NCBI GenBank assembly: GCA_027007025.1
Contig: JALTFL010000001.1
Coordinates: 248 to 64,247, forward strand
Reading direction: 5' to 3'
Length of the DNA: 64,000 bases
Source: Nanobdellati archaeon
GTDB lineage: Archaea; Nanobdellota; Nanobdellia; CSSed11-243R1
The translations under genes were made by a program, and so were the position numbers. How positions within the stretch are numbered: position 1 is the stretch's first letter; each line of letters begins with the position of its first letter. Of this stretch, positions 50,047-59,134 are shown in pieces. The notes under the pieces are model-generated. The model was not told the origin of the DNA and ran no database searches. It was given only the letters and a program-made list of their open reading frames with translations.

Positions 50047-51321
50047 TTACTCATTTGGCGTCAGCTCTTTGAAACCCGTGTAGTCCCACAGGGCTTTTGG
50101 TATCTTGACGCTTCCGTCTTCCTGCTGGTGATTTTCTAATATAGCACAGATTGCCCTTTCGGTTGCTACGCCTGTATTGTTTAACGTGTGGACAAGCTCT
50201 TTATTTCCGCCGACTTTTCCGAATTTTATGTTTAGCTTCCTTGCCTGATAATCAGTTGTGTTAGTGGCGGAACCAAGCTCCCTATACCTCTTTTGGCTTG
50301 GGAACCACCCTTCCAGGTCATATTTCTTTGCGCCGTTGTCATTCATTTCCCCGCTTGCTATATTGACAATTTGATAAGGAATTTCAAGCGCCTGATAAAT
50401 TTTTTCGCTTATTTTTACCATTTTTTCATGCCAGTTCCAGGAATCCTCCGGCTTGCAGATAACATACTGCTCCACTTTGTCGAACTGGTGAACTCTAAAA
50501 ATTCCCTTGGTGTCTTTTCCATGGCTTCCCGCTTCTCTTCTAAAATTAGTTGAGTACCCAACATATTTGATTGGGAGCTCTTTTTCATCTAGGACTTCGT
50601 TTGAGTGGTATGATGCAAGTGGCTGTTCTGTCGTGGCAATTAAGTACCAGTTTTCATCTTTTATCGAGTAAAGCTGTTCATCAAAGTCGCCAAGCTCTGC
50701 AGCTTCCTTCATATAACTTTTTCTCAGGAGGAATGGTGTCCACATAGGAGTGAATCCCTCTTTTATAATCATATCAAATGCGAATCTGATTAATGCAAGG
50801 TTTAGAAGAACACCTTTTCCTTTCAGGAAATAAAATCTCGCGCCCGTTATTTTTGAGGCTTTTTCCACATCAGCGATTTTCAAACTTTCAATCAAGTCTG
50901 CGTGCGACTTCGGCGCAAAGTCAAACTCTTTAGGTTCACCCCATTTTCTGACGACAACATTCCCTTCTTCAGTTTCAGCAACAGGAACGCTTTCGTGAAG
51001 AATATTGCCAACCTTGTACCTGTACTCGTCTCTTTTTTGAAGAAGTTCTTTGGTCCTGTCTTCGAGCATTGCTATTTCATTAGTTATATTTTTCATCAAG
51101 GAAATCTTTTTTTCTCCGCTTCCGCCTTTCTTTTTCAACTCTATGATTTCCTTTGAGACTTCATTTTGTTTGTGCTTCAATTCTTGGAGTTCGGCAACTG
51201 CTTCCCTCCATTTGATATCATACTCTATTACTTTGTCCACATTTTTTGTGTCCTTGAATCTCTTCTTTTCAGATTCCCTTATTATATCCGGATTCTCCCG
51301 AAACAGCTTTATGTCCAACAT
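50047..51321 (-). CDS. serS: seryl-tRNA synthetase
   Basis: N-terminal coiled coil, class II motifs 2 and 3 (FRREAGSHGKDTKGIFRVHQF, GSATNTTDYQARK). Confidence 0.9.
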   Translation of the reverse strand: MLDIKLFRENPDIIRESEKKRFKDTKNVDKVIEYDIKWREAVAELQELKHKQNEVSKEIIELKKKGGSGEKKISLMKNITNEIAMLEDRTKELLQKRDEYRYKVGNILHESVPVAETEEGNVVVRKWGEPKEFDFAPKSHADLIESLKIADVEKASKITGARFYFLKGKGVLLNLALIRFAFDMIIKEGFTPMWTPFLLRKSYMKEAAELGDFDEQLYSIKDENWYLIATTEQPLASYHSNEVLDEKELPIKYVGYSTNFRREAGSHGKDTKGIFRVHQFDKVEQYVICKPEDSWNWHEKMVKISEKIYQALEIPYQIVNIASGEMNDNGAKKYDLEGWFPSQKRYRELGSATNTTDYQARKLNIKFGKVGGNKELVHTLNNTGVATERAICAILENHQQEDGSVKIPKALWDYTGFKELTPNE

Positions 51322-51422
51322 ATTTTTAAAAATCTCTCAGAAGTTTATAATGTTTTGCAAATAAACAAAAAGATTTATAAACATGTATTACGATTTAATC
51401 CCTAGCAATTCTGGTTGATACT

Positions 51423-52058
51423 ATGGAAGGAATATCAAAAGACGAAATGAAACATGGCACAACTACAGTCGGACTTGTAACAAAGGAAGGCGTGGTTGTT
51501 GCAGCGGACAAAAGAGCCACAATGGGATACTTAATAGCCCATAAGAATGTCGACAAAGTAGTGGAAATAACGAACAAGATTTTGATGACAACAGCGGGCA
51601 TGGTGGGCGACGCGCAGATGATAGCCAAGTATCTAAAGGCAGAGCTTGAGCTTTACGAAATTCGAAAGGGAAGACCAATAACCATGAAAGCAGCGTCGAC
51701 TTTGCTTGCGAACATTTTGTACGGCAACAGATTTAGCGTTCCATTTTACGTTCAGCTTTTGCTGGCGGGTGTAGATGACAGTGGATATCATCTTTACTCT
51801 CTCGGACCTGACGGAAGCAACCTTGAAGACAAGTTTATTTCAACTGGCAGCGGAAGCGTGATGGCTTACGGTGTTTTGGAAGACAACTACAAGGACGGAG
51901 CTTCGCTTAAGGAAGGAGTCCGAATCGCGGCAAGAGCGATAAAGGCAGCAATGGCGAGAGACATAGCGACAGGCGAAGGGATTGATGTTTACACAATAAC
52001 TGAAAAGGGGATTACAAAAGTTCCAAAAGATGAAATACAAAAAATAGTGAGCAAGTAG
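51423..52058 (+). CDS. psmB: proteasome beta subunit
   Basis: propeptide then GTTTVGLV active-site Thr, Ntn-hydrolase fold. Confidence 0.9.
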   Translation: MEGISKDEMKHGTTTVGLVTKEGVVVAADKRATMGYLIAHKNVDKVVEITNKILMTTAGMVGDAQMIAKYLKAELELYEIRKGRPITMKAASTLLANILYGNRFSVPFYVQLLLAGVDDSGYHLYSLGPDGSNLEDKFISTGSGSVMAYGVLEDNYKDGASLKEGVRIAARAIKAAMARDIATGEGIDVYTITEKGITKVPKDEIQKIVSK

Positions 52059-52066
52059 TTTTTTCT

Positions 52067-53980
52067 GTGATGATAATGAAGAATGGAGACATCCTGAAAC
52101 AAATCAAGGAAGACTTACCTCCCAACGCACAAATCTCTGACGTGTTTTATGAGGGGGCAAACATAGTACTGTACACAAAAAACAGGGATTTCTTTCTTGA
52201 TTCAAAGGAAACAATAAGAAGTATTGTGAACAAAGTTAAGAAAAGGGTAGAGTTAAGGATGGACCCGTCAATGCTCGTTCCTCCGGAGGAAACCCAGGAC
52301 ATCATAAGCAAAATTGTTCCCAAAGAGGCGGGGCTTGGAGAAGTTTGGTTTGATTACAAGCGTTCAATCGCGTTTATAGAAGCTCAAAAGCCAGGACTTG
52401 TCATAGGAAAAGAAGGACAGGTAATGAATGAGATAAAAGAAAAGACGCTTTGGGTTCCAAAGATAAGACGCGCGCCAGTCATAAATTCTGACTTGATTAA
52501 GACAATCAGGTACACATTGTTCCAGAACTCAGAATATCGCAGAGATTTCATGAACAAGATTGGAAAGAAAATTTACATGACAAAATGGGAAAGGGACCCA
52601 TCGTACTGGGTAAGGGTTTCCGTACTTGGAGCCGGAAGGGAAGTCGGAAGAAGCTGCATGCTATTGCAGACGCCGCTTTCAAACGTGCTCTTGGACACAG
52701 GCATAAATGTCGCGTCTCCGGAAAACGCGTTCCCGCACTTTGATGCCCCAGAGTTTGACATTCACAAGATAGACGCAGTTGTGATATCACACGCGCACCT
52801 TGACCATAGTGGTGCAGTGCCGTTGCTTTTCAAGTACGGTTACACAGGACCCGTTTACGCGACTGAGCCGACAAGGGACATCATGACACTGCTTCAATTA
52901 GATTACATTGATGTCATACAAAGGACTGGAAAGAAGCCACAGTATTCAAGCCGCGAGATAAAGGATGTAATCAAAAACACAATCACATTGGATTACGACG
53001 AAGTTACGGATGTAACTGCCGACGTCAGACTTACACTTCACAATGCAGGACACGTTCTCGGAAGTTCGCTTGTCCACTTGAATATTGGAAACGGATATCA
53101 CAACTTTTTGTACACGGGAGACTTCAAGTATGCGAGAACAAAGCTGCTCGAGCCGGCAATGACGAGATTCCAAAGAGTAGAAACACTTATGATGGAATCC
53201 ACATACGGCTCAAAGGAGGATGTCCAGCCATCAAGGGAAGAATGTGAAACTCAACTTATAGATATAATCAAATCTACTATTGACAACAAGGGAAAAGTTT
53301 TGATTCCCGTTCTTGGTGTCGGGCGCGCCCAGGAAGTAATGCTCATAATCGAAGAAGCAATGCGCCAGAAAAAGATTCCTGAAGTCAGCGTTTATGTTGA
53401 CGGTATGGTTTGGGATGTTACCGCAATCCACACTACATATCCTGAGTTCATGAACCGTGATGTCAAAAAACAGATATTTGGGGATGATAATAATCCATTT
53501 GTAGCGAAGTGTTTTGTGCGTGTCGGCTCTCAGGAAGAAAGGGACAAAATAATCAACAGCAGAAAGCCTTGTATAATACTCGCGACATCAGGTATGCTTA
53601 CAGGAGGTTCAAGTGTTTATTACTTCCAGAAGCTGGCTCCTAATAAGAAGAATTCAATTGTCTTTGTTTCATACCAAGCTGAGGGAACCTTAGGTCGAAG
53701 GGTGCAAAGGGGCGAGAAGCAAGTTCCTGTTGAAACGTTTGGGGGAAAAGTCGAGATGGTTGATACCAAGCTTGCGGTGCATTCTGTTGAGGGGCTTTCA
53801 GGGCACTCCGACAGAAACCAATTGATAAACTATGTCAAGCATATGGACCCGAAGCCGAGGAAGGTTATGTTTGTCCATGGGGAAAGCTCGAAGTGCTTGG
53901 ACTTGGCATCCACTATACACAAGCTTTTGAGAGTGGAAACGACAGCTCCTAGGAATTTGGACGCGACAAGGATAAGGTAG
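52067..53980 (+). CDS. aCPSF1 beta-CASP ribonuclease (KH + MBL + beta-CASP)
   Basis: HAHLDHSG metallo-beta-lactamase motif, N-terminal KH domains, 637 aa. Confidence 0.9.
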   Translation: MMIMKNGDILKQIKEDLPPNAQISDVFYEGANIVLYTKNRDFFLDSKETIRSIVNKVKKRVELRMDPSMLVPPEETQDIISKIVPKEAGLGEVWFDYKRSIAFIEAQKPGLVIGKEGQVMNEIKEKTLWVPKIRRAPVINSDLIKTIRYTLFQNSEYRRDFMNKIGKKIYMTKWERDPSYWVRVSVLGAGREVGRSCMLLQTPLSNVLLDTGINVASPENAFPHFDAPEFDIHKIDAVVISHAHLDHSGAVPLLFKYGYTGPVYATEPTRDIMTLLQLDYIDVIQRTGKKPQYSSREIKDVIKNTITLDYDEVTDVTADVRLTLHNAGHVLGSSLVHLNIGNGYHNFLYTGDFKYARTKLLEPAMTRFQRVETLMMESTYGSKEDVQPSREECETQLIDIIKSTIDNKGKVLIPVLGVGRAQEVMLIIEEAMRQKKIPEVSVYVDGMVWDVTAIHTTYPEFMNRDVKKQIFGDDNNPFVAKCFVRVGSQEERDKIINSRKPCIILATSGMLTGGSSVYYFQKLAPNKKNSIVFVSYQAEGTLGRRVQRGEKQVPVETFGGKVEMVDTKLAVHSVEGLSGHSDRNQLINYVKHMDPKPRKVMFVHGESSKCLDLASTIHKLLRVETTAPRNLDATRIR

Positions 53981-54025
53981 GGAAACCTTAAAATATGCAA
54001 ATTCTCTTAAAATAAGTGATGTATC

Positions 54026-54523
54026 ATGGAAGAAATAGCAATTACAAAAGGACGTGCAAAATATTCGGGAATATTTGACTTTAGCGCATATTATCGTTTA
54101 TTATATGATTTGTTTAGAAGTATGGGATATGATGTCGAGGAGCAAAAGTATACCAACAAGACAAAGCCCGAAGGGGATGAAGTGGAGATTGAATGGAACT
54201 GTTACAAGAAGGTCGATGATTATTCATTATTCAGGATTTTCGCAAAGACATTAGTTTTGGGATTGCAGAAAAAGCAAGTAGTTGTTGAGGGCGTTCAGAC
54301 AACGAAAAATTATGGTACAATCGAGTTGGAAATAAAATGTTTCATACAGACTGATTACGAAAACAGATGGGAAACAAATCCAATGATGAAATTCCTTAAA
54401 GGTATATATGATACATATTTCTATCGTTCGACTTTCGAGACATGGAAGCAGAAGGTTGTCACAGATATGCACACCGTTGAGAATGAGGTTAAGGCATTTT
54501 TCAACATGCAGAGATTCCTTTAA
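54026..54523 (+). CDS. hypothetical protein
   Basis: 165 aa, no recognised motif. Confidence 0.3.
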   Translation: MEEIAITKGRAKYSGIFDFSAYYRLLYDLFRSMGYDVEEQKYTNKTKPEGDEVEIEWNCYKKVDDYSLFRIFAKTLVLGLQKKQVVVEGVQTTKNYGTIELEIKCFIQTDYENRWETNPMMKFLKGIYDTYFYRSTFETWKQKVVTDMHTVENEVKAFFNMQRFL

Positions 54524-54816
54524 TATTTTTTTAAGAAGTGATGTTCTTGTCCCGGCATAAATTCTTTCAGTAAGGACATCATTCTTTTTTCATCTTCATT
54601 TGCGTAACTTGTGTAACCACCTATTTCAATTGCCTGCCATGACTGTCCTGGCTTGAAAAATTCAAGAAGTGAAGCTGTACTCCTTTCGTTGTAATCTCTA
54701 TTAATTAGGGTGTAATTTCTTTCTCCAATTAAGGTATATCTCTTAAATGGAATAAATGCCAAATCTTCATTTGATATTTCTTCGAGATTTTTCATAACAA
54801 GTATATTCAAGAACAT
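54520..54816 (-). CDS. hypothetical protein
   Basis: 98 aa, overlaps stop of convergent ORF; weak. Confidence 0.25.
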   Translation of the reverse strand: MFLNILVMKNLEEISNEDLAFIPFKRYTLIGERNYTLINRDYNERSTASLLEFFKPGQSWQAIEIGGYTSYANEDEKRMMSLLKEFMPGQEHHFLKKY

Positions 54817-54889
54817 TATTTAAATATTTGTCGTTTCTTTTGGGTAGTGAATGGAAAGTTTTATAAAACTATGTAACTTAATCAATAAC

Positions 54890-55025
54890 GGCAAGGCTTA
54901 GTCAAGTGGGCCGGTCTCTATATGAGGAGCTCGAGCAGAGCTTCGCCTATGAGTATAGTTTACTCCCACTTGATTTTTGGCCCGCGAAGGTGCTGGCTTG
55001 ACACGTGATAGCCGGATAGTTGCGG
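54890..55025. ncRNA. candidate structured ncRNA (unclassified; GC-rich island with nested helices)
   Basis: GC-rich against ~33% background, no ORF; helices CAAGTGGG/CCCACTTG, CTATA/TATAG, GGCCCGC/GCGGGCC. Confidence 0.2.
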
Positions 55026-55104
55026 GCCATCATAATCACCTTACCAAACTCATAATTAAATGCCAATTGGCGAGATCATCATAATCACTTAATCACCAAT
55101 GAAT

Positions 55105-55174
55105 TGGGGTATAAATGCCCAACTAGGTAAGCAAGTAGCTATTTCTCGTCTTTGGCTAAAAGGAGGCGAACTTT
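55105..55174 (+). promoter_or_regulatory. dnaG promoter/leader: TATA-like GGTATAAATG and strong SD AAAGGAGG 8 nt before ATG
   Basis: seen directly in sequence upstream of 55175. Confidence 0.45.
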
Positions 55175-56404
55175 ATGGGTAAAATTGCACCTGTATCCGC
55201 GAAGTATATAATTCGCGTGAAGATACATGTTGATGGAACAGTCGAAAAGCCGGATGTCATTGGAGCTATTTTCGGACAGACAGAAGGGCTTTTGGGAACA
55301 GACCTCGAATTGAGGGAACTACAAAAATCAGGAAGAATAGGTAGAATAGAAGTTAATCTTCAAAACAAAGGTGGAAAAGCAGATGGAGAAATAACAATTC
55401 CTTCTTCTATGGATATGGCAGAGACAGCCATTGTCGCGTCAGCTATTGAGACAATCCAAAGGATTGGACCATGTAACGCGAAACTTGTAATAGAGAACAT
55501 AGAGGATGTCAGGGTAACCAAAAGAGAGTATGTCATTGAAAGGGCAAAGGAACTCTTGAAGAACATGATTGACAAGGGACCTGATTCCGCGGAGCTCATG
55601 GAAGAATTGAAGCAGACAGTCAGGGGAATGGAGCTTGTCAATTACGGGAAAGACAAAGTTCCAGCAGGGCCTAATGTAAAAGACAGCGATGACATAATTG
55701 TTGTTGAAGGAAGAGCTGACGTAATAAATTTGCTTAAGCATGGTTTCAAGAACGCAATAGGGTTGAACGGAACTTCGGTGCCGCCAACAGTCGCCGAGCT
55801 GACGAAGACAAAAACAACAACAGTATTTGTTGACGGAGACAGAGGAGGAAACTTGATTGTAAGGGAACTTATGGCAGTAGGCGACATTGACTTTGTAGCT
55901 ATGGCACCGTCAGGAAGGGAAGTTGAAGAATTGACAAAGAAGGAAATTCACAAGTGCTTGAGGTCAAAGATACCTTTGGACCAGTTCAAGGAGGAGATGG
56001 GTGAAAGCTCACGAAACGGAAACCTTCACAGCAGCAAGCCACAGAGGAATGACAGAAATGATGACAGGAGACCACAGCGACAAAGACAGCAGCAAAGGAA
56101 GCGCGACATACACCCTGAATACGCGAAGCAGTTCAAGAAAATGCTCGACGAGCTTATAGGAACACGCGGGGCGTACTTGCTTGACGCGGACATGAATATT
56201 CTTGGCAAAGTTCCTACAAAAGAGCTCAAGAACGCGATAAGGAGCCTTCCGGAAATAAACATGATTGTTATGGACGGCCAGGTTACGCCTGAAATGATAA
56301 GGTTCATCGAACGTTCGTCCGTGAACACAGTCGTAGCGGAAGGAGCGACGGGCACCAGCAGAAGATTGAAGATATTGACAGCTGCTGACTTGGGAAGCGC
56401 TTAG
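55175..56404 (+). CDS. dnaG: archaeal DnaG primase (Toprim)
   Basis: conserved N-terminus MGKIAPVSAKYIIRVKIHVDG, Toprim IIVVEGRADVINL..DGDRGG. Confidence 0.9.
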   Translation: MGKIAPVSAKYIIRVKIHVDGTVEKPDVIGAIFGQTEGLLGTDLELRELQKSGRIGRIEVNLQNKGGKADGEITIPSSMDMAETAIVASAIETIQRIGPCNAKLVIENIEDVRVTKREYVIERAKELLKNMIDKGPDSAELMEELKQTVRGMELVNYGKDKVPAGPNVKDSDDIIVVEGRADVINLLKHGFKNAIGLNGTSVPPTVAELTKTKTTTVFVDGDRGGNLIVRELMAVGDIDFVAMAPSGREVEELTKKEIHKCLRSKIPLDQFKEEMGESSRNGNLHSSKPQRNDRNDDRRPQRQRQQQRKRDIHPEYAKQFKKMLDELIGTRGAYLLDADMNILGKVPTKELKNAIRSLPEINMIVMDGQVTPEMIRFIERSSVNTVVAEGATGTSRRLKILTAADLGSA

Positions 56405-56438
56405 AAAACTTTTTAACCTCTTTTTTCTTATTTTATTT

Positions 56439-56707
56439 GGGCGAGCTAGGTGGGCCGTTGGGCGTGGCCTGTCAATCCCAAACCGTCCTTAGGGGAGCCG
56501 AAGCCAGCTTGAGGGTTGTCACATTTTGAGTAAGCTCATGCCGTATCTGCGAAGCCTCGCCCCAAGGGATGTGTTATTCTGTGAACCGTGCGAGGTCCGG
56601 AAGGAAGCAGCACTAAGCGGAGTAGCATATGCTCTTGGGATACGGGGTGGAGAAAAGGTATGGGGACTGCTCCTGGTGCGGCTTCTCGATGGCTGGTGTG
56701 CTCGCCT
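56439..56707 (+). ncRNA. signal recognition particle RNA (7S/SRP RNA)
   Basis: terminal helix GGGCGAGC/GCTCGCCT, universally conserved helix-8 GGTCCGGAAGGAAGCAGC, GC-rich, TATA-like TTTTTAA ~25 nt upstream. Confidence 0.85.
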
Positions 56708-56712
56708 ATTAA

Positions 56713-56747
56713 CTTCTTTTTCCGTGCACGCTTTTTCCAAAAGGGTG
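56713..56747 (-). repeat. inverted copy of conserved intron-core element directly 3' of SRP RNA, followed by T6
   Basis: plus strand cttctttttccgtgcacgctttttccaaaagggtg is reverse complement of CACCC..GCGTGCACGG..AAG consensus. Confidence 0.7.
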
Positions 56748-56794
56748 CTAAGAAAGCTGCACCAAAAGAAACACTTTTTTACATATGTGAAAAC

Positions 56795-57349
56795 TTATTT
56801 AAGAAATTCTTTTATTTTTTCAAGCAAAAATGGAAACTTTGTGTACCCCGCTTTTTCGTTGAAGTGCCCAGCGCCGTGAATTATTATTGGTTTCACATTA
56901 AGTTTTTCCGCGAGTTCATAAGTTTTTTCTAAAGGAATATAAGGGTCGTTGTCAGAACCGATTACAAAAATGTTCTTGCAGTTTTCTTTTATTTTCTTCC
57001 AGTCAAACGGCTTTTCGAAAAAGGTTGAATTGATTTTATCGACTTCGGCGAAACCTAGTGCTCCGAGGAAACCCGCTATTAAAAAAGTAGCTTTGGTTTT
57101 ATACTTCTCTAAAAGATGCAATACAAATGAGGGTCCAATGCTGTGAGCAACAAAAATTGTATTCTCGTCAACATACTTTTCATAATCTTTGAAAACATTT
57201 AGCCAATTTTCTAAGGATTGCCCTTCTGGTGTCGGGAATTTTGGCACAAAGACTTTGCAACCCACCTTCTCGAGTTCTTTCTTCAGCCAAGGAAACCAAT
57301 TTTCCTGCGGATGCCCAAATGCGCCGTGTATGATGAAAACATTTGTCAT
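56795..57349 (-). CDS. alpha/beta-fold serine hydrolase (YdeN/RBBP9-like esterase)
   Basis: 184 aa, nucleophile elbow AHSIGP, HGAGH near C-terminus. Confidence 0.6.
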   Translation of the reverse strand: MTNVFIIHGAFGHPQENWFPWLKKELEKVGCKVFVPKFPTPEGQSLENWLNVFKDYEKYVDENTIFVAHSIGPSFVLHLLEKYKTKATFLIAGFLGALGFAEVDKINSTFFEKPFDWKKIKENCKNIFVIGSDNDPYIPLEKTYELAEKLNVKPIIIHGAGHFNEKAGYTKFPFLLEKIKEFLK

Positions 57350-57477
57350 AATCTCTCTAATAATCTTTGTAGTTATATCTTTATCCTTTTAGAGCTCTTT
57401 TTTTGGTAAATATTTTTCCTTGGAAAAACGTTTGCTGCGAAAGAAATATAAGGGGTTTATTCATTCTATTGGATTAT

Positions 57478-57725
57478 GCCGGGGTCGCCTAGCACCACCC
57501 TTTTCTTAAAAGAAAAGCGTGGACGGAAAAGAAGAGGGTGATGGGTTATCTGGTTATGGCGCTGGCCTGCTAGCACCCTTTCTTAGAAAGAAAGCGTGCA
57601 CGGAAAGAAATTTCCGTGGGTCGTAGTCAGCCAGTTTCCTTCGGGATCCGTGAGTTCGAAAGAGCCTTTCTCTTGCGAAGAGAAACCCTCGGGAAAGAGA
57701 AGCTCCGATTTTCTCACCCCCGGCG
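57478..57725 (+). tRNA. class II tRNA with three introns; anticodon most likely GCU (Ser)
   Basis: acceptor GCCGGGG/CCCCGGC, anticodon stem CTGGC/GCCAG loop CTGCTAG, 15-nt variable arm, T arm GTGAG-TTCGAAA-CTCAC; introns 57493-57549 (D-loop), ~57574-57629 (anticodon loop), 57662-57712 (T-loop); mature 84 nt; TATA-like AAATATAA ~30 nt upstream. Confidence 0.7.
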
Positions 57726-57770
57726 CTTTTTTTAGAAAAATTAATAATCAACATTTTCATTAATATTCAC

Positions 57771-58379
57771 ATGTACATAGAAGAAATAGGAAATAGAAAA
57801 TATTTTGCCGAAGTTATTGCGGATGACCTGCTTAAAAAATCTTTTCTAAAAATTTGGTGGAACAATAACGGCAAAGACATCTCGCTTGAACTTTACCCAG
57901 GGAATGGACTGGAGTATATTGTTGATAACTACACTGAAAGTGAAAGTATTAATGGTGTGTACAAACAAATGTTAAGCTCATTATCCGAAGTAGCAACAGG
58001 CATTAAAACAGGAATTGGGGTGTGGAAAGGCGGAAGGATAAGGTTTTCATACTGGGTTAATGAAGAAGGCATATTCTTTGTTGATGAAAATGAAGATGAA
58101 GTTGAGAAGCTGACGATTAAAGATATTTTGTCGAGACTAAATGGTGTGAAGCCGTTCAATTGGGAATTTGACACGTCGGGCATGAGTTTTATTGAGAAGT
58201 TTGCCTATGTGTTTAGTTCTCTTGACAAGAATCCGTGTCCGTTTATGAACAAGGATAAAATTTGTTTCGCTGATGGAGAACATTGCAATCACTACAGAAA
58301 ATTTGTGTACTATGGGCACACCTGTCCGAGGTACGAAACCGATTTTGAGCTTGAGAAAAAGCTTTTTGGTAAAGTTTAA
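57771..58379 (+). CDS. hypothetical protein with C-terminal Cys/His cluster
   Basis: 202 aa; CPFMNKDKICFADGEHCNHYRKFVYYGHTCPRY possible metal site. Confidence 0.3.
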   Translation: MYIEEIGNRKYFAEVIADDLLKKSFLKIWWNNNGKDISLELYPGNGLEYIVDNYTESESINGVYKQMLSSLSEVATGIKTGIGVWKGGRIRFSYWVNEEGIFFVDENEDEVEKLTIKDILSRLNGVKPFNWEFDTSGMSFIEKFAYVFSSLDKNPCPFMNKDKICFADGEHCNHYRKFVYYGHTCPRYETDFELEKKLFGKV

Positions 58380-58460
58380 TGATTCAGTGTTCCGAATTGT
58401 ATGTGGCGAAATATTTATAACTCTTTAGTCATTACTTTTTTTGAAATAGGGGTGATTGAT

Positions 58461-59084
58461 ATGGATTTTTTAGAAAAAGTAAATGGTATTGATAAATACA
58501 AATTATACACAGGTCCCCTTGAGGATGCCATTCACGCAATTAGAGCTGATGGGAGAACCCCAATGACTATTGAACAAATAGCACGCAAAAGACTTGAAGT
58601 TTATTCGAGTGGAGATGCCAATCATGATAAGGTTTGGTGGTGGAATGAATCACACTTTGGTGTGTATAACGGTGTTGCGTATTTTGAGGATAAGATTAAA
58701 GTTATAGATGGAGACACATTGCTTATGGCTGCTCTTGAGGGGAGAAAAAATGAATATTCCCTTATGATTAGCGAGGAATTGTATCATTCACTTGAAGGCG
58801 AGGAGTTCAAAAAATCAAAATCATACGATAGGAGAGACAATTCTTTCTTAAAAGCATTGTTCGGTGATGTGTTTGATGAGTATAAGAAAGTGGCAGAGGA
58901 TAGGTACATTGGTTTTAGAGGAGATAGATGTGTTTTGCCAACATTTAATGACTGCCTTAAATTTTGGAAGCCTAAAATACCTGAAGTGCGTGGACTAACA
59001 ATATCTGGATTGGTGGATGTATCTACTATTTATACGACATCTCCCCCAGGGGGGAATTTTGTTGGGGAAATAGCAAAAGAGTAA
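58461..59084 (+). CDS. hypothetical protein
   Basis: ATG 58461 preceded by GGGGTGA; 208 aa, no recognised motif. Confidence 0.3.
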   Translation: MDFLEKVNGIDKYKLYTGPLEDAIHAIRADGRTPMTIEQIARKRLEVYSSGDANHDKVWWWNESHFGVYNGVAYFEDKIKVIDGDTLLMAALEGRKNEYSLMISEELYHSLEGEEFKKSKSYDRRDNSFLKALFGDVFDEYKKVAEDRYIGFRGDRCVLPTFNDCLKFWKPKIPEVRGLTISGLVDVSTIYTTSPPGGNFVGEIAKE

Positions 59085-59134
59085 CAATCCCTTCCACAAA
59101 AGTTTAAAAATGATAATCTTACTTTTCTTTTCAT

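Noticed and set aside
54890-55025. GC-rich island tested as an intron-containing tRNA or as RNase P RNA
   Set aside because: No T-arm GTTCRAAT motif on either strand, and no acceptor/T-stem combination of tRNA length. No P4 AGGAAAGTCC-type motif. It is kept only as an unclassified ncRNA candidate.
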